Part shown: piece by piece, positions 24,366 through 37,490 of the stretch
Position numbering within the stretch: the stretch's first letter is position 1
Layout: the number at the start of each line of letters is the position of its first letter
DNA from: Octopus sinensis
Taxonomy: Eukaryota
Direction of reading: 5' to 3'
Assembly: GCF_006345805.1 (NCBI RefSeq)
Contig: NC_043002.1
Location: 80,228,001-80,292,000, forward strand
Length of the DNA: 64,000 bases
Made by a program: the position numbers and the translations under genes
The notes under the pieces: model-generated
Database searches by the model: none
What the model saw: the letters and a program-made list of their open reading frames with translations, nothing else
What the model was told of the DNA's origin: nothing

Positions 24366-24720
24366 AAGGCGGTTGGCTGGCAGAACGTCGCACAAACTGC
24401 TTAGCGTCATTTGGTGCGATTTTAAGTTCGTTCGAATCGGGTCGAGGTCGCCTTTGCTTTTCAACATATCGAGGTCGATAATATATGTACCAGTTGACCA
24501 CTGGGATCGATTTAATCGTTTTAAATCCTACCGGATATTTGCTGGCCTCGTGCCAAAAAAATTTGAAATCAATATTAATCGTGATGAAGGCTTACGAGCT
24601 GGCAGAACGGTAAGCTCGCCGGACAAAATGCTAAGCGGCATTTCATCCGTCTTTGCGTTTTGACTTTCAAATGACGCCGGGGTCGACTTTCTCTTTCATC
24701 CTTTCGGAGTGGATAAAATA
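24366..24720 (+). mobile_element. Two degenerate SINE-B copies
   Basis: Heads at ~24366 and ~24592; B-box and GTCGAC cores visible. Confidence 0.7.
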
Positions 24721-25129
24721 AGAAAGAATTGAAGACCTGGGAGAGATGTAACCGACTTACCATCTCTCTTAATATTGGTGGACTTGAACCCAATAATAAT
24801 GGTGCTGTTAAGACGGCTGTAGTGGTGGTGGTCGTCGTCGTGGTCGTAGTCGTCGTCGTGGTCATAGTGGTCGTCGAGGTCGTCGTCGTCATCGTAGTAA
24901 GTTGTGCTCTGCATAGACATGTCACCAAGGCTGTCCAACCGTGACCGTCTCGTTTTTATTTCCAACATCATTCAATGCGTATCTTTATTGATGTATTCAT
25001 TCATTATCTATTTTTCCTTTCATTTTTCTTTTGAAGACGACAAGGTGAATTTGAGGGCGATTTGCCTGCTATGTCTAGCAGATGGTGTGAGTACATAGAG
25101 ATTTCCTTGTTGGCTCCTAGATGTTCTTT

Positions 25130-25213
25130 TGGTGGTGTTGGTAGTGATGATGGTGGTGTGTTGTTGATGTTGGTGGTGGTGGTAGTGGCGGTGACATGAG
25201 TGTTGATGGTAGT

Positions 25214-25249
<36 letters not shown>

Positions 25250-25660
25250 ATTGGCGTAGCTTGTATTCTGCCGTAGTGGTGCGGACGAGGTGATGTGTTA
25301 GATTTTGGGGTTGGTACAGATAGTCAGGATTAGTAGTGGTTGTGTTAGTGTTAGTGGTGTTGCTGGCGGTGCGGTGCTGTAGGTGGCAGTGGTGGCGGTA
25401 AAGTAGTGACGTGAGTGGCGGCGGCGTTGTTGTTGTTGGTGGTGGTGGTGCGGGTGGTGGTGGTGGTGGTGGTGGCATTGGTGGTGGTTGTGGGAGTATA
25501 GTTTATTGTTCTTTTTGTAGGTATTGATGTTTTTGTTCTTGATGTTGTAGTAAGAGAGTGATCGTAGTGATGGTGGTTGTGGTGGTGGTGGTGGTGGTGG
25601 TGGTGGTTGGTGGTGGAGTAGAAGTGGTGTCGGTAGCGGTGGTAGTGGAGGCCGCAGTGG
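25130..25660. repeat. GGT/GTA/GTT-rich low-complexity trinucleotide region
   Basis: Directly visible. Confidence 0.9.
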
Positions 25661-26131
25661 ATAATATGAAGTAAAAAAAAATTAGTATAACCTCATCTTA
25701 CATCAAAGAACATCTCTTATCTGAAGAGGATCGACTTCATTAAGGCTTTGATGACGAGTTGGTCGTCACGTCACACACACGCGCACTAACACAAACCCAT
25801 ACACACACACGCATCCACATACACACACACTCACTTAGACACGCATCCACATACGCACACACTCACTTAGACACGCATGCATACATACGTATTGACGAAT
25901 ACACACACACATACCACAAACGCTCACATATATGCATTGACTTACACATGCGCAGACACACCAAACAAGCCGCACACGTACGCAGGAATAATTACAAATA
26001 CACATACATATACATTCACATTCATATATGTATATACGCATACACACATAAATACATATATGCATACACACAAACACAACTATATATATATATATGTATA
26101 TATACACGGCGAGAGAGAGATAAATATACAA

Positions 26132-26171
<40 letters not shown>

Positions 26172-26546
26172 ATCCTTATGTATATATACACATTTATATG
26201 TGTATGTATGAATGTATATATATATATATATTATATATATATATATATATACCAATTAAGGACTGAACACGAAAAGGTGGACAGTCAACATGCTAGATAT
26301 AGACGTCAAATCGCCATTCTCCACAAAGATTTTGTTCTCAAATAAAAATAAATATAAATAATAATAATATAATAATAAATAATAATAATTGTGGAGATGG
26401 CGATTTGACGTCTATATCTAGCATGTTGACTGTCCACCTTTTCGTGTTCAGTCCTTAATTGGTATATATAAATATTTTAATCTTCGGATTCTTTTTAATG
26501 TGCTAGACCACTGGTTTTAATTGACTAATATCAATTTCTACCCTTA

Positions 26547-26591
<45 letters not shown>

Positions 26592-27112
26592 ATATATATA
26601 AAATATATATATATATATATATGTGTGTGTATATATATAGTATATTGTCGATATGTACACATGCATAGAGATACGTATACAAACACTCACGTTAACAAAG
26701 GCGCAAACGATTACTATCATGCACACACACATAAACATGCACACACGCATGCACACAAACTTAATACCCCTCCACGCACATATAAACACAAACAGACACA
26801 AACACATACACACAGACACACACAAACACAAATACACACGCACACACACAAAAACACATGCACACACACACACAGAAACACACAGAAACACACACAACAC
26901 GCAGACACTCATGAAATATTTGAATAAATATACAGAAAGATAGATATACACACATACACAAACATGAACTTAAATATTCCCACTTATACACACATGCACC
27001 GGCATATATATACTCATACATGAATATTAATTTGATTAATATCAATTTAAAACCGGTGATCTAGCATATAGAAAAATCTGAAGATTCAGAAAAATTAAAT
27101 TACATACATACA

Positions 27113-27273
27113 CGAGGGATTACCACTAATTGGACATCCATTATGCTAGAAGTCGACTCCCTGTAGTCTTACCACTAAGAAAGGTATGTTCTTGAGAACA
27201 TTTCTTTCTTAGTGGTAAGACCATAGGGGTCAACTTCTAGCATAATGTATGTCCACCTAGTGGTCATCCCTCG
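27113..27273. mobile_element. Palindromic mariner-type MITE (161 bp)
   Basis: Ends CGAGGGAT...ATCCCTCG-TA; the two halves are reverse complements almost to the centre. Confidence 0.75.
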
Positions 27274-27289
27274 TATTTGTATGTAATTT

Positions 27290-28450
27290 TTGCCCTTCAT
27301 CCTGTTCGGGGTCGATAAACTAAGTACTAGTCCCGTATTGGGGTCGATGTAATCGACTAGACTCATCCTTCAAACTTCAGGCTTTGTGCCTTTACTAGAA
27401 AGGATATTTTGTCCGACTCACACGCGACGAGCTGGCTGAAACCTTGACTCGCCGGCTAAAATGTTTCGTAATACTTCTTCAGGCTTTACGTTCTGAGTTC
27501 ATTTCCACCAAGGTCGACTTTTGATTCCATCCTTTCATAGTCGACGAAATAAAAATCAGTGAGACACTAAAATCAATGTAATGGGCTAGTTTCCTATCCC
27601 AAAAGTTAAAGTTTTTCGTACAGAGGCGTCTTGCAGAAAAGACATTTCTTCTGGTTCTTGACGTTCTGAGTTCAAATCCCGCCAAGGATTCATAAAATAA
27701 AGCACCTGCCAAGTACTAGAATCGTTATAATTCACTACTCTCCTCCACTAAATTTTAACCTTGTACTCATATTATTAATGATCATATTTCATATACCCCT
27801 TTTCCAAGGCGGCGAGCTGGCAGAAACGTCAGCGCGCCGGGTGAAATTCTTAGCTGTATTTCGTCTGCCGTTACGTTCTGAGTTAAATTCCATCGCGGTC
27901 GACTTTGCCTTTCATCCTTTCGCACTAGGGTCGATGTAATCGACTTAATCCCTTTGTCTGTCCGTGTTTGTACCCTCTATGTTGAGCCCCTCCTGGGCAA
28001 TAAAGAAATAAAAATCGTTACTGTGGCGGGTAAAATGCTTTGTGGCGTTTATTCTGACATATTCTGAGTTCAAATTCCGCCGAGGTCAACTTTGGCTTTT
28101 ATTTTTTACGGGGTCGATAAATTAAGCACGAGTTGAGCCCCGGGGTCGATGTAATCGACTTACCCACTACTCCAAATTCTGGTCTTGTGCCAAAATTTGA
28201 AGCCAATATCTTCTGCCTGCAGGCTGCGAACTGACAGAATCGTTAGCCCGCTGGGCGAAATGCTTAGCAGCATTTCGTCTGTCTCTACATTCTGAGTTCA
28301 AATTCCGCCGAGGTTGATTTTGCCTTTTATACATTCGAGGTCGATTGAATAAGTATCAGTTCCGCACTGGGGTCAATTTAATTGACTTAATCCCTTTGAC
28401 TGTCCTTGTTTATCCCCTCTATGTTTAGCTTGTGAGTAATAATGAAATAA
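27290..28450 (+). mobile_element. Cluster of about six SINE-B copies and fragments
   Basis: Repeated heads (27427, 27806, 28011, 28222), GAGTTCAAAT B boxes and GGGGTCGATGTAATCGAC cores. Confidence 0.85.
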
Positions 28451-28670
28451 ATATTTTCCGTCTGCGAAATTTTCTTTAAATTTTTCATCTGTTCTATTCA
28501 TTTCTAAATTATTCGTTCCTCCATTTTCCATCTTTCGTTTCGTTTTTAGTTTCTTTTGATATTCTAGCCTACCACTGTTCGCAGGCTTTTCCTTCAGATT
28601 TGACCTTCCAACCGAAGCTGGCTGTATATTTCATTTTGGCAGATTGATAAAAAAAAAAAGGATCGGTTAT

Positions 28671-29151
28671 ATTCTTTTACTTGTTTCACTGAAGCCATGC
28701 TGGAACACCGCCTTTAGTCGGAAAAATCGACCCCCAGGACTGAGTCTTTGTAAGTCAAGTACTTATTCTATCAGTCATTTTTGCTGAACCGCTAATTTAC
28801 GGGGATGTAAACACAGCACCATCGGTTGTCAAGCGGTGATGGCAGAAAAACACAGACACACAAATACATACATATAACATACACACACATATATGTGTGT
28901 GTGTGTTATATGCATGTATATATATATATGTGTGTGTGTGTGGTGTGTGTGTGTGTGCGTGCGTGTGTATTATAAACACACACACACAACGGACTTCTTC
29001 CAGTTTTCTGTCTACCAAATCCACTCACAAGGCTTTGATCGGCCGAGGCTATAGCAGAAGGTACCATGCCCAAGGTGCTATGCAGTGAGACTGAACTCGG
29101 AACCATGTGGTTGGGAAGAAAGCTCCTTACCACACAGCCACTCCTGCGCCT
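28671..29151 (-). mobile_element. SINE-A, full length
   Basis: Head AGGCGCAGGAGTGGCTGTGTGGTAAG through tail GAAACAAGTAAAAGAAT. Confidence 0.9.
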
Positions 29152-29379
29152 TTATACTAATTTCTATTTAATTTATCATGCATAAAGTGCACCTCGCTGT
29201 ATCTTTATGTGCCTCAATGCGAACACTCGACCGGCGAAAGATAGCTGCCAAATATCTGCCACATCACAAAGCACTCTCTCTGTACACGTTGTTTGTTTGA
29301 GCAAGGTATTTGTATTCACGTTACTAGACGTATGCTGATGCAGCTCTCTCTCACTCTGTCATATGTTGAATGTTACGCT

Positions 29380-29619
29380 GGTTCAAGACACGGCGAAGGG
29401 GTTTCTTTGTTCCTTCTCGAGCCACGCCTGGCTAATAAAGGCCGGTTTCCTGGTTTCCTTTGCATATGGATTCCCAACTTGGACGGGACGCCGGTCCGTC
29501 GCAGGTGAGCTGCTAGATGCCGAAGCCGAGTGGCGCTTCGGTGTTTCGTTCATAAACACACATATCACCCGGTCTGAGATTCGAACCCGCGATCCCTCGA
29601 CCGCGAGTCCGCTGCTCTA

Positions 29620-29620
<1 letters not shown>
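29380..29620 (-). mobile_element. SINE-C-related copy
   Basis: AGCGGACTCGCGGTCGAGGGATCGCGGGTTCGAATCTC head and GACGGACCGGCGTCCCGTCC tail on minus. Confidence 0.75.
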
Positions 29621-29661
<41 letters not shown>

Positions 29662-30307
29662 GTATGTATATATATATATATTATATATATATATATGTAT
29701 ATATAATATATATGTATATATTCAATCACTGCGCAGACTCAGAACTTACCCGACAAAATAGGGTTTTCTGGTATATCGTCTAACGCTCAAAAATTTATCG
29801 AGAAAATACGTAAACAAAGTCAAATGCGATCCAATAAAATTAATTATTATCGCTGGTGTTCTAGGACACGCCATATATTATTCATATATAAGTACATTAA
29901 AAGGTGAAGTGTGTACTAGATACACAAAAGCTGGATAAATTTAATGAGATGAAAATTAAAAACTTTTACAAACTTAGTTCTTCTTAGACTGCAGTTAGAC
30001 CACATATATAAGAATTTTTTGCTAATAAGATAAAAAAACCAAGGCTGTATAGATAGAGCATTTATAGATAGAAGGTCCAATATCTATACAGCCTTGGTTT
30101 TTTATCTTATTACGCAAAAAATTCTTAGATAGAACCAACGTTGAACCCTTTATTCGCAATATTACCGAATCTGGAACTTAACTAGGGTCTGTCTATAGCT
30201 CTTATTCAGCATTACCTGACACATCTGGGTCTCAGCGACACAATTATCTCTTATAACCTCAACTTCTCGCTATATATATATATACACACACACATACACA
30301 CACACAC

Positions 30308-30343
<36 letters not shown>

Positions 30344-30829
30344 AATGGACATCTAAAACAACAAGCGAAAATATAGTACATGCTATCCTTGGTTCTAAGA
30401 GACATTCACAGTAACGCTTTATTTCGTTTCTTTCTAAGGCAGAAAACATTGCATAACGTAATCTTACACGCACGGTTACCGAGCAAATATGAAATAACCA
30501 CTGGATGAAAGCCTTCTTACCACAAAACTGGTTAATCAGAGTTAACATGAGGTTAAACAACAATAGCAACAGTTGCTACAAAAGCAGCTTCAACTGCATA
30601 CGAATTTATCTGCATACGAAAATGAAGTGAAAGAAGAAAAAAAAAAAAAAAAAACAGAAAATCAAATGACGGAATAGTCCCAGTTGGAATATCTTTGATC
30701 AGAGAACTCTTTGAATGGGGTTGAGATGCGGATAGAAAAAAAATGACGAAAATTAACACAATATCTACTATTATTTGTAATAGTACTACGAGTACTAGAA
30801 CTACTACAGTGAATATTATTACTATTACA

Positions 30830-30872
<43 letters not shown>

Positions 30873-31306
30873 AAACTACTACTACTACTAGTACTACTAC
30901 TACTACTACTACTACATATAATATGGTGGCCTACTCTGGCCTCTAACGTTAATTACACAAAATGTCGTACTCAGACCAATGTCCACTGGTAGTGGTCATA
31001 TCATATTTCGTAACAGTTCTTCTCTTTAATCTCTATATATGTTAATGGTCATTGGAGTGTAATGATGTTCCGGTTAAGTTATATATTAAAACAATGAGGC
31101 CGTTTGATGCAACAGTAATATTTCATTTCAGTATCGCACTCAAACTGACACACGCACGCACGCACACAAGCACACACACATATACGAGCACACACAAACA
31201 CAACGTGCACAAACGAATACACACATTCATGTACACACACATACACGTACACAAACATGCATATACACACGTGTATATTTGAAACTAGTACATATAATGT
31301 ATGTGA

Positions 31307-31337
<31 letters not shown>

Positions 31338-31410
31338 AGTACATATATATATTTATATATATATACACATATAAGTACATATATGTGTATATATATATAA
31401 ATATATATAA

Positions 31411-31447
<37 letters not shown>

Positions 31448-31470
31448 CACATATGTACAATATATATGTA

Positions 31471-31690
31471 TACTCTTTTACTCTTTTAACTCTTTCACTT
31501 GTTTCAGTCATTTGACTGCGGCCATGCTGGAGCACCGCCTTTAGTCGAGCAAATCGACCCCAGGACTTATTCTTTGGAACCCTAGTACTTATTCTATCGG
31601 TCCCTTTTGCCGAACCGCCAAGTTACGGGGACGTAATAATACCACCATCTGTTGTCAATCGATGTTGAGGGACAAACACAGACACACAAT

Positions 31691-31746
<56 letters not shown>

Positions 31747-32202
31747 AACATATATACAACGAGCATCTTTTAGTTTCCGTCTACCAAATCCACTCACAAG
31801 GCTTTGGTCGACCCGACGCTATAGTAGAAGACATTTGCCCAAGGTGTCACGCAGTAGCACTCAACCCGGAACCATATGGTTGGTAAGCAAGCTACTTTGT
31901 TTCAAAAATTTTGCCATAAAGGCATGACACAGAATAGCTTGCGTGCTGCACAAAAATATTGATGAGGTGAATGATGAAAAAAGGATAATATAAATGGGAG
32001 AAGACAAAAAATGCACGCCGATTTTTTTTTTCTAAAACATTATTCTCTTCTTTTTTTCACGAAAAAGGAAAAGACAAAACGAGGTGTGATCTTCTTAAAA
32101 TTGGGGCGTTAAGCCTCTTAAACACAATAACATACAATAAACATAAACATTATATAATAATGCTTAATGCAAGCTACTTACCACACAGCCACACCTTCGC
32201 CT
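31471..32202 (-). mobile_element. SINE-A, split by a 271-bp insertion (31898-32168)
   Basis: Body 31471-31897, head resumes at 32169-32202; GCAAGCTACTT duplicated on both sides of the insert. Confidence 0.85.
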
Positions 32203-32279
32203 ATACATATATTATATATTATTTATTATATTATATATTCACGATATATATATGTACATACGCACACACACGCAAAAGC

Positions 32280-32324
<45 letters not shown>

Positions 32325-32387
32325 CATACATACATACATACATACATACATACATACATACATACACACACACATAGAGGGATAGCC

Positions 32388-32553
32388 ATTGCCGCAGGCT
32401 TAGCTGCATGTTAAAAAACTTGCTTTCCAATCACATGGTTCCCGGTATGAGCGCACTGCATGGTACCTTGAGCAACTGTCTTCTACTAAAGCTTCAGGCT
32501 GACCAAAGCCGTGTGAGTGGATTTAGTAGCTGGAAACAGAAAGAAGCCCGTCG

Positions 32554-32555
<2 letters not shown>
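32388..32555 (+). mobile_element. SINE-A 5' half, degenerate
   Basis: CCTTGAGCAACTGTCTTCTACTA...GTGAGTGGATTTAGTAG. Confidence 0.7.
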
Positions 32556-32622
<67 letters not shown>

Positions 32623-33112
32623 CATAGATGTATTATAACTGTTATCAATGATATTAATAATGTAATAATAAGGTGGCCAGCAAGTTCACATCATTACAGG
32701 CACAATATAAGGCAAATTTATATACAGTAATTTAGACGCAATAGTTTCCTTTTAAACGGAGCGTGACCTTTAAAGTAAGGTAAGCACACGAGCTAATCTA
32801 TTGAAAATTTTAGAAGCAGAAGTTAAAATTTTCATTTGAACTGAAGATCCCAGAGGATGTTTAACGCAAGGTACTTGCCACACAGCCACGCCTACACACG
32901 CAGAGGATAAAATCAATTGGTATTGAAGTATACATTACTTACTGACGTATTCACCGCAAAGGTAAGCCTATTTCTCATATGTTCATTGCATTGCTCGTGT
33001 GTATCTTTATTGTGAGTTTCTGGTGATTTTCGAGCCATGACTCTGATTTTAGCAAGTGGTATTTACACACTACTGTATCTCTCTCTTCCCCCCTCTCTCT
33101 CTCTCTGTATAT

Positions 33113-33154
<42 letters not shown>

Positions 33155-33157
<3 letters not shown>

Positions 33158-33335
33158 TTAGCCACAACACACATTTTTTTCTCCTTCTTTCTCTCCTTGT
33201 TTTTTCTGTGTTCCTTTCTGTAGAAGAGCGTAGGCCCGAAACGTAAAATACTTTTTCTATTCCTGAGCATTATACTAATACATCTGTTTGTTTTGTACAC
33301 CACCTGTCTTCGTCTTTTGTTTTTTTTCGTAAAGA
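33155..33335 (+). mobile_element. Penelope-type terminal-repeat-like element with hammerhead-like motif
   Basis: Homologous to 3697-3895. Confidence 0.6.
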
Positions 33336-33339
33336 CAAA

Positions 33340-33895
33340 ATAGAGTGGAAAAACTACAGAAGATTTGTGTTATATGGTTAAAGAATATATTTAAATCGTT
33401 ATGTTAGAAAAATGTTATGAAATTTTGTATATAGGAACATTGTTTTACAGAAATAACGGGTTTCGTATTTTCTTTTAAAAGTTCTCAAATTTCTTTACTG
33501 ATATTGTATCATCACTTTGCTATGATGTGAAGTATGAGAGTTCCAGACAGAGGTCGGTAAACAGGGATTTTTTCGGTATAAGGGAGATAATCCAAAACGT
33601 TGGGAATGACTAGGTTTTATTAATTTAACATGATTGGGTTTAGAAAGAATAGAATGTTAGAAGCGGTTGAGTTTTGCTTTATATTTTAAGTTTTGGCTTA
33701 TATTTTTCAATGAAGTAGGTTTCCTTATTTAATCTAACTTGTGTTTGTGTTCCAATGGCACATTGATAAAATGGAAAGATTACAAATTGTGGTAGCAGTT
33801 GCTTAGCGGATTTCTCTATGTGTTCACCGAAGGGTATCATTCTGTATACTGGGAATGCAATCTGCTGTCGGTGCAGAGTGTATTTTGTCTTTTAT
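33340..33895 (-). mobile_element. Penelope-like element 3' fragment (end of GIY-YIG domain plus 3' UTR)
   Basis: Translation TLHRQQIAFPVYRMIPFGEHIEKSAKQLLPQF...RLNKETYFIEKYKPKL; diverged homolog of 51474-52208. Confidence 0.85.
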
Positions 33896-33931
33896 ACATC
33901 CAACCACGTGCTTTCACATAATAACTCTCTC

Positions 33932-33978
<47 letters not shown>

Positions 33979-34087
33979 GCATGTATGTATGTATACATGT
34001 ATATATGTATAAATGTATGTATGTATATATGTATATAGGTATGTATGTATGTATGTATATAGGTATGTATGTATGTATGTATGTATG

Positions 34088-34118
<31 letters not shown>

Positions 34119-34529
34119 GAATGGGTTATTTCATTTATAAACTTCATTACACTGCTTCCTGCAAGAAGAAATAAACAGAACTGAAATATGTATGAACCCA
34201 AATATAAGCCCATATATAATCAAGTACACTTAAAAATTCGGTAGCAAATGTAATATTGCAATTTTGTAATTATTTTATTAGTCTCTGAATGAAAAAAAGA
34301 TGACGGTCACGAATAGAGGAACATTTATCGCAGCAGAACTCCATTTATGCATTTGGAAATAGAAACGATAGCAGAAAAAAAACTCAATATATATATGCAA
34401 GAACTTGCTTAGGAAATCACCCCAGAATGGCCGCATTAAAAAAAGTGAAACAAGTAAATGATAACAGATATGAATACGAAAGTTTTACTGTATAAATACT
34501 ATATACACTATGTATGTATGGCTTTAGGT

Positions 34530-34695
34530 GTATCGCGTATGGCCGAGTTCTTTTGCAGCGCTTAGAGAAACTGAAGGACCGCTGCAATAAGTGTGCGAAT
34601 CTGAGAGGGAAATACGTTGAATAAAATCGTAATTAGCTGATCCTGCGCTATTTTCTTTTACCTAAAGTCAGGACATTTTCTGCACACTTTGGTAT
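34530..34695 (+). mobile_element. mariner 3' end remnant
   Basis: LKDRCNKCANLRGKYVE*, like a mariner C-terminus, followed by a TIR-like segment ending in TA. Confidence 0.5.
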
Positions 34696-37244
34696 ATACC
34701 GTTGATCGAACTCACCTTAGTGTATGTAGATTGTTTATTTTGATCGAAACTCAATCGTTTATGCAATCACCGCGCGATTTGAACTAAGAAGTTAGAGAAA
34801 GAAATTTACATAATATTTAGCATGTAGCCACCGCGCTGCTGTTCCTGCCGCGCCATTGCACGCGATTATGGAAAAATAATTAAAACAGTTAATTAAAATA
34901 TTAACATAGTTATGAAGTTACAATAGTTAATTAAATAGTTAAAAGATAAAATGGTTAAAATATTAAAACTGGAATAAATAATTTAATTAAAATATTTGAA
35001 AAAATTCTAAAGTTAATGAAGCTACTTTATCAGAATGTGAATGTCAGATATTGTGACACATCGTATTCGTTTGTCTTTAACACCGAGTATAATTGTCACG
35101 TGTGCTCTGAATTAGGAGTTTAGCTTTAGAAGTACTCTTTATAGCCGTGATAATCATTGGCTTATAAAAATGGTATTACAAACTAATGAAAGAGTCTCTA
35201 TAATTTCGTTCAACCTGACTGAAATAACACACTCTACCATCTACAAAAAAGACTGGTTGGATAACATGTTCTGAGTTTTCTCTGCTTGAAAGAAACAGGC
35301 AGAATGGTCACGACTAGAATGTCTTTGATCATAGATCTGTTCAACTACAGATTACTTGGGGCTATATGATATCTACTATTATCAATAACGACAACCAGAT
35401 TATAAGCATTAATGACACCACCAGACTATGAGTCACTGAGCTGTCACTAAGCCGGCAAAAAATAGCAGCCAAATTTTCCTCAAATAATGCCTATACTGTT
35501 TCAAAACAAAACGTGTGGCGGGTACAACGAATAAAGTAGTTACATTATTTTTTAACGTAAACGGAGTGTTTACGGCTAGAATACCTACGATCATGAATCT
35601 TTTTTATACGGACCAACCGACAGTGAAACAACTGTCGTCATTCAAATGTAGGGCTATCGAGATTTTGTGAGAACAAGATCTGGGCCCACAAAGTTTTAAC
35701 ATAGTACAAGGTCCTCTCGAGGGGTGAACACAGCTGATTCAATCAGTACTTGACTGGTATATTATTTTATCAGTCTGCACCACTAGAACTATAAAAGAAT
35801 TATAGTAAAATTCGTGTCGATAGCATTTGGGCTCAGAATATACAATGCCGTAACAAAATACAGCTCTAGCGCTTCTGCCAATATAATGTTGGTCAAAAGT
35901 AGTCCTTCCAAACTCTCCCGTCTACGTATTGAAGATTGTAATTGTGTCCTTTATGTAAATATATATTTCATTAGAGGCAGTTTTACCTACTATTACTAGC
36001 TGATAGAGCGACCATGTAGATGCTCTCACATTTCGGGGCAAGAATAAGATTAGTCGATTAAATTGACCCTAAAGGGATAAAAAGTAGAGTCGATCCCGGT
36101 TGGATTTCAGCTAAAAATTTTAAGAGCCTTGACAAGTACCATAAGTCGCCTTGACGATTATACTAGTATAAAACGGATATTCAATACTACAAAGTGACAA
36201 TTGTCAACTAATAACAATAGGGTTATTGCATGAGCCGCCATCGGCGAAACCACTAATTTACAGTTACACTTCATTTCGTTCGAATAAAATATTTGAACTC
36301 TACGTTTCCAACGAGTCTTTTATCAGTTAGCGTACTCTGTTATTTTACGATTTCTAATAAACAGTTACAATGATTCTCCCTCTTTCTCACTCCCTCTATC
36401 TGGGTGAGAGAGAGAATCGGTTGCAGTACTTGGCTGGTATATCAATACTAAGCACGTGTTGGACTGACAGATTTGTTTCAATGATACATGAATAGGATCA
36501 CTCGGAAATAAATTTTAAGCAACCATGGTCATGTGGTTAAGAATATCATTTCTCAAGCAACCAATTGATAGCGTGGTCGATTCCGCCACTGCACAGCATA
36601 TTTTGCAAATATATTTTAGAATAACCTCTTTGCGAGTCGGTTTGGTTAAAGAAAAACAAGCAGAAAACCTATTTTGTGTGCGTTTACGAGTACCTGCATT
36701 GTGTTAGATAGAGAGAGAGAGTTTAATGTATATTGGTGTTGCTTAAGTTGTTCTGTTATATTCTGTAAGGCAACGATTAGACAAATTGAATTCGATAACA
36801 TAAATTAACAAACTGAAAAAAAGGACAAGATTTGATACGATTGACTTATGAAGTTAGTATTCCGTCTAATGACTAAAACAAAAAGGACATAGGAGGTATT
36901 TCATTTTATAGTTTCAAATAATTATTTTACTCACACGTGGGTAATAATAAGTGTGTATATCATTATGTTTCATTTCGAAGGAAAAAATATGAGATTTATA
37001 ACAGTATTAAATCAGAATACATTCGAAAGAAAGATTCGAGACGCCAAACCAGCAAAGATCACTTCTCCACTTGCCACACGAACCAAGTGAAAAATCTTTT
37101 GGTTATTGTTCGATCTACTACAAATAGCTGCTAAGAATTTTCGTCAACTAGTGTTCCAATATACAAAAAATACAGGTCATATTAGGTAATGTAATTCTAA
37201 AAATACGTAAAGTCCCCCACCTTCGTTTGTACGCACCGGACAAG

Positions 37245-37490
37245 ACTGTTTATCGAAGACCAGCAGTCATCCATGCATACCAGCCTCCCCACTCCACGTC
37301 ACCGATGTTAACCAAGGGAAAGGCAAAGACCGATACAGATCGGCACCAGCGACGTCGCAGTTCTTTTTTACAGCTAGTGAACTGGAGCAACATGAAATAA
37401 AGTGTCTTGCTCAAGAACGCAACACACAGCCGAGTCCGGGAATCGACCTCACTTCCTCGTGTTTATGAGCCCGACGCTTTAATCACTGAC
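37245..37490 (-). mobile_element. SINE-D (CORE-like)
   Basis: TTCTTGAGCAAGACACTTTATTTCA on minus; tail shared with 43385-43615 and 63590-63830. Confidence 0.8.

Noticed and set aside
24575-25478. Thr/Pro-rich mucin-like ORFs with an ATG|GTAAGT donor at ~24770
   Set aside because: Mostly degenerate trinucleotide repeat, and no convincing acceptor.
30553-30620. Possible terminal exon INSYAVEAAFVATVAIVV* on minus
   Set aside because: Acceptor is plausible but the segment is 18 codons with no linked exons.
32745-32980. Strong AAG|GTAAGC donors at ~32779 and ~32961
   Set aside because: The first has stops in all frames upstream, and the second has only a weak acceptor.
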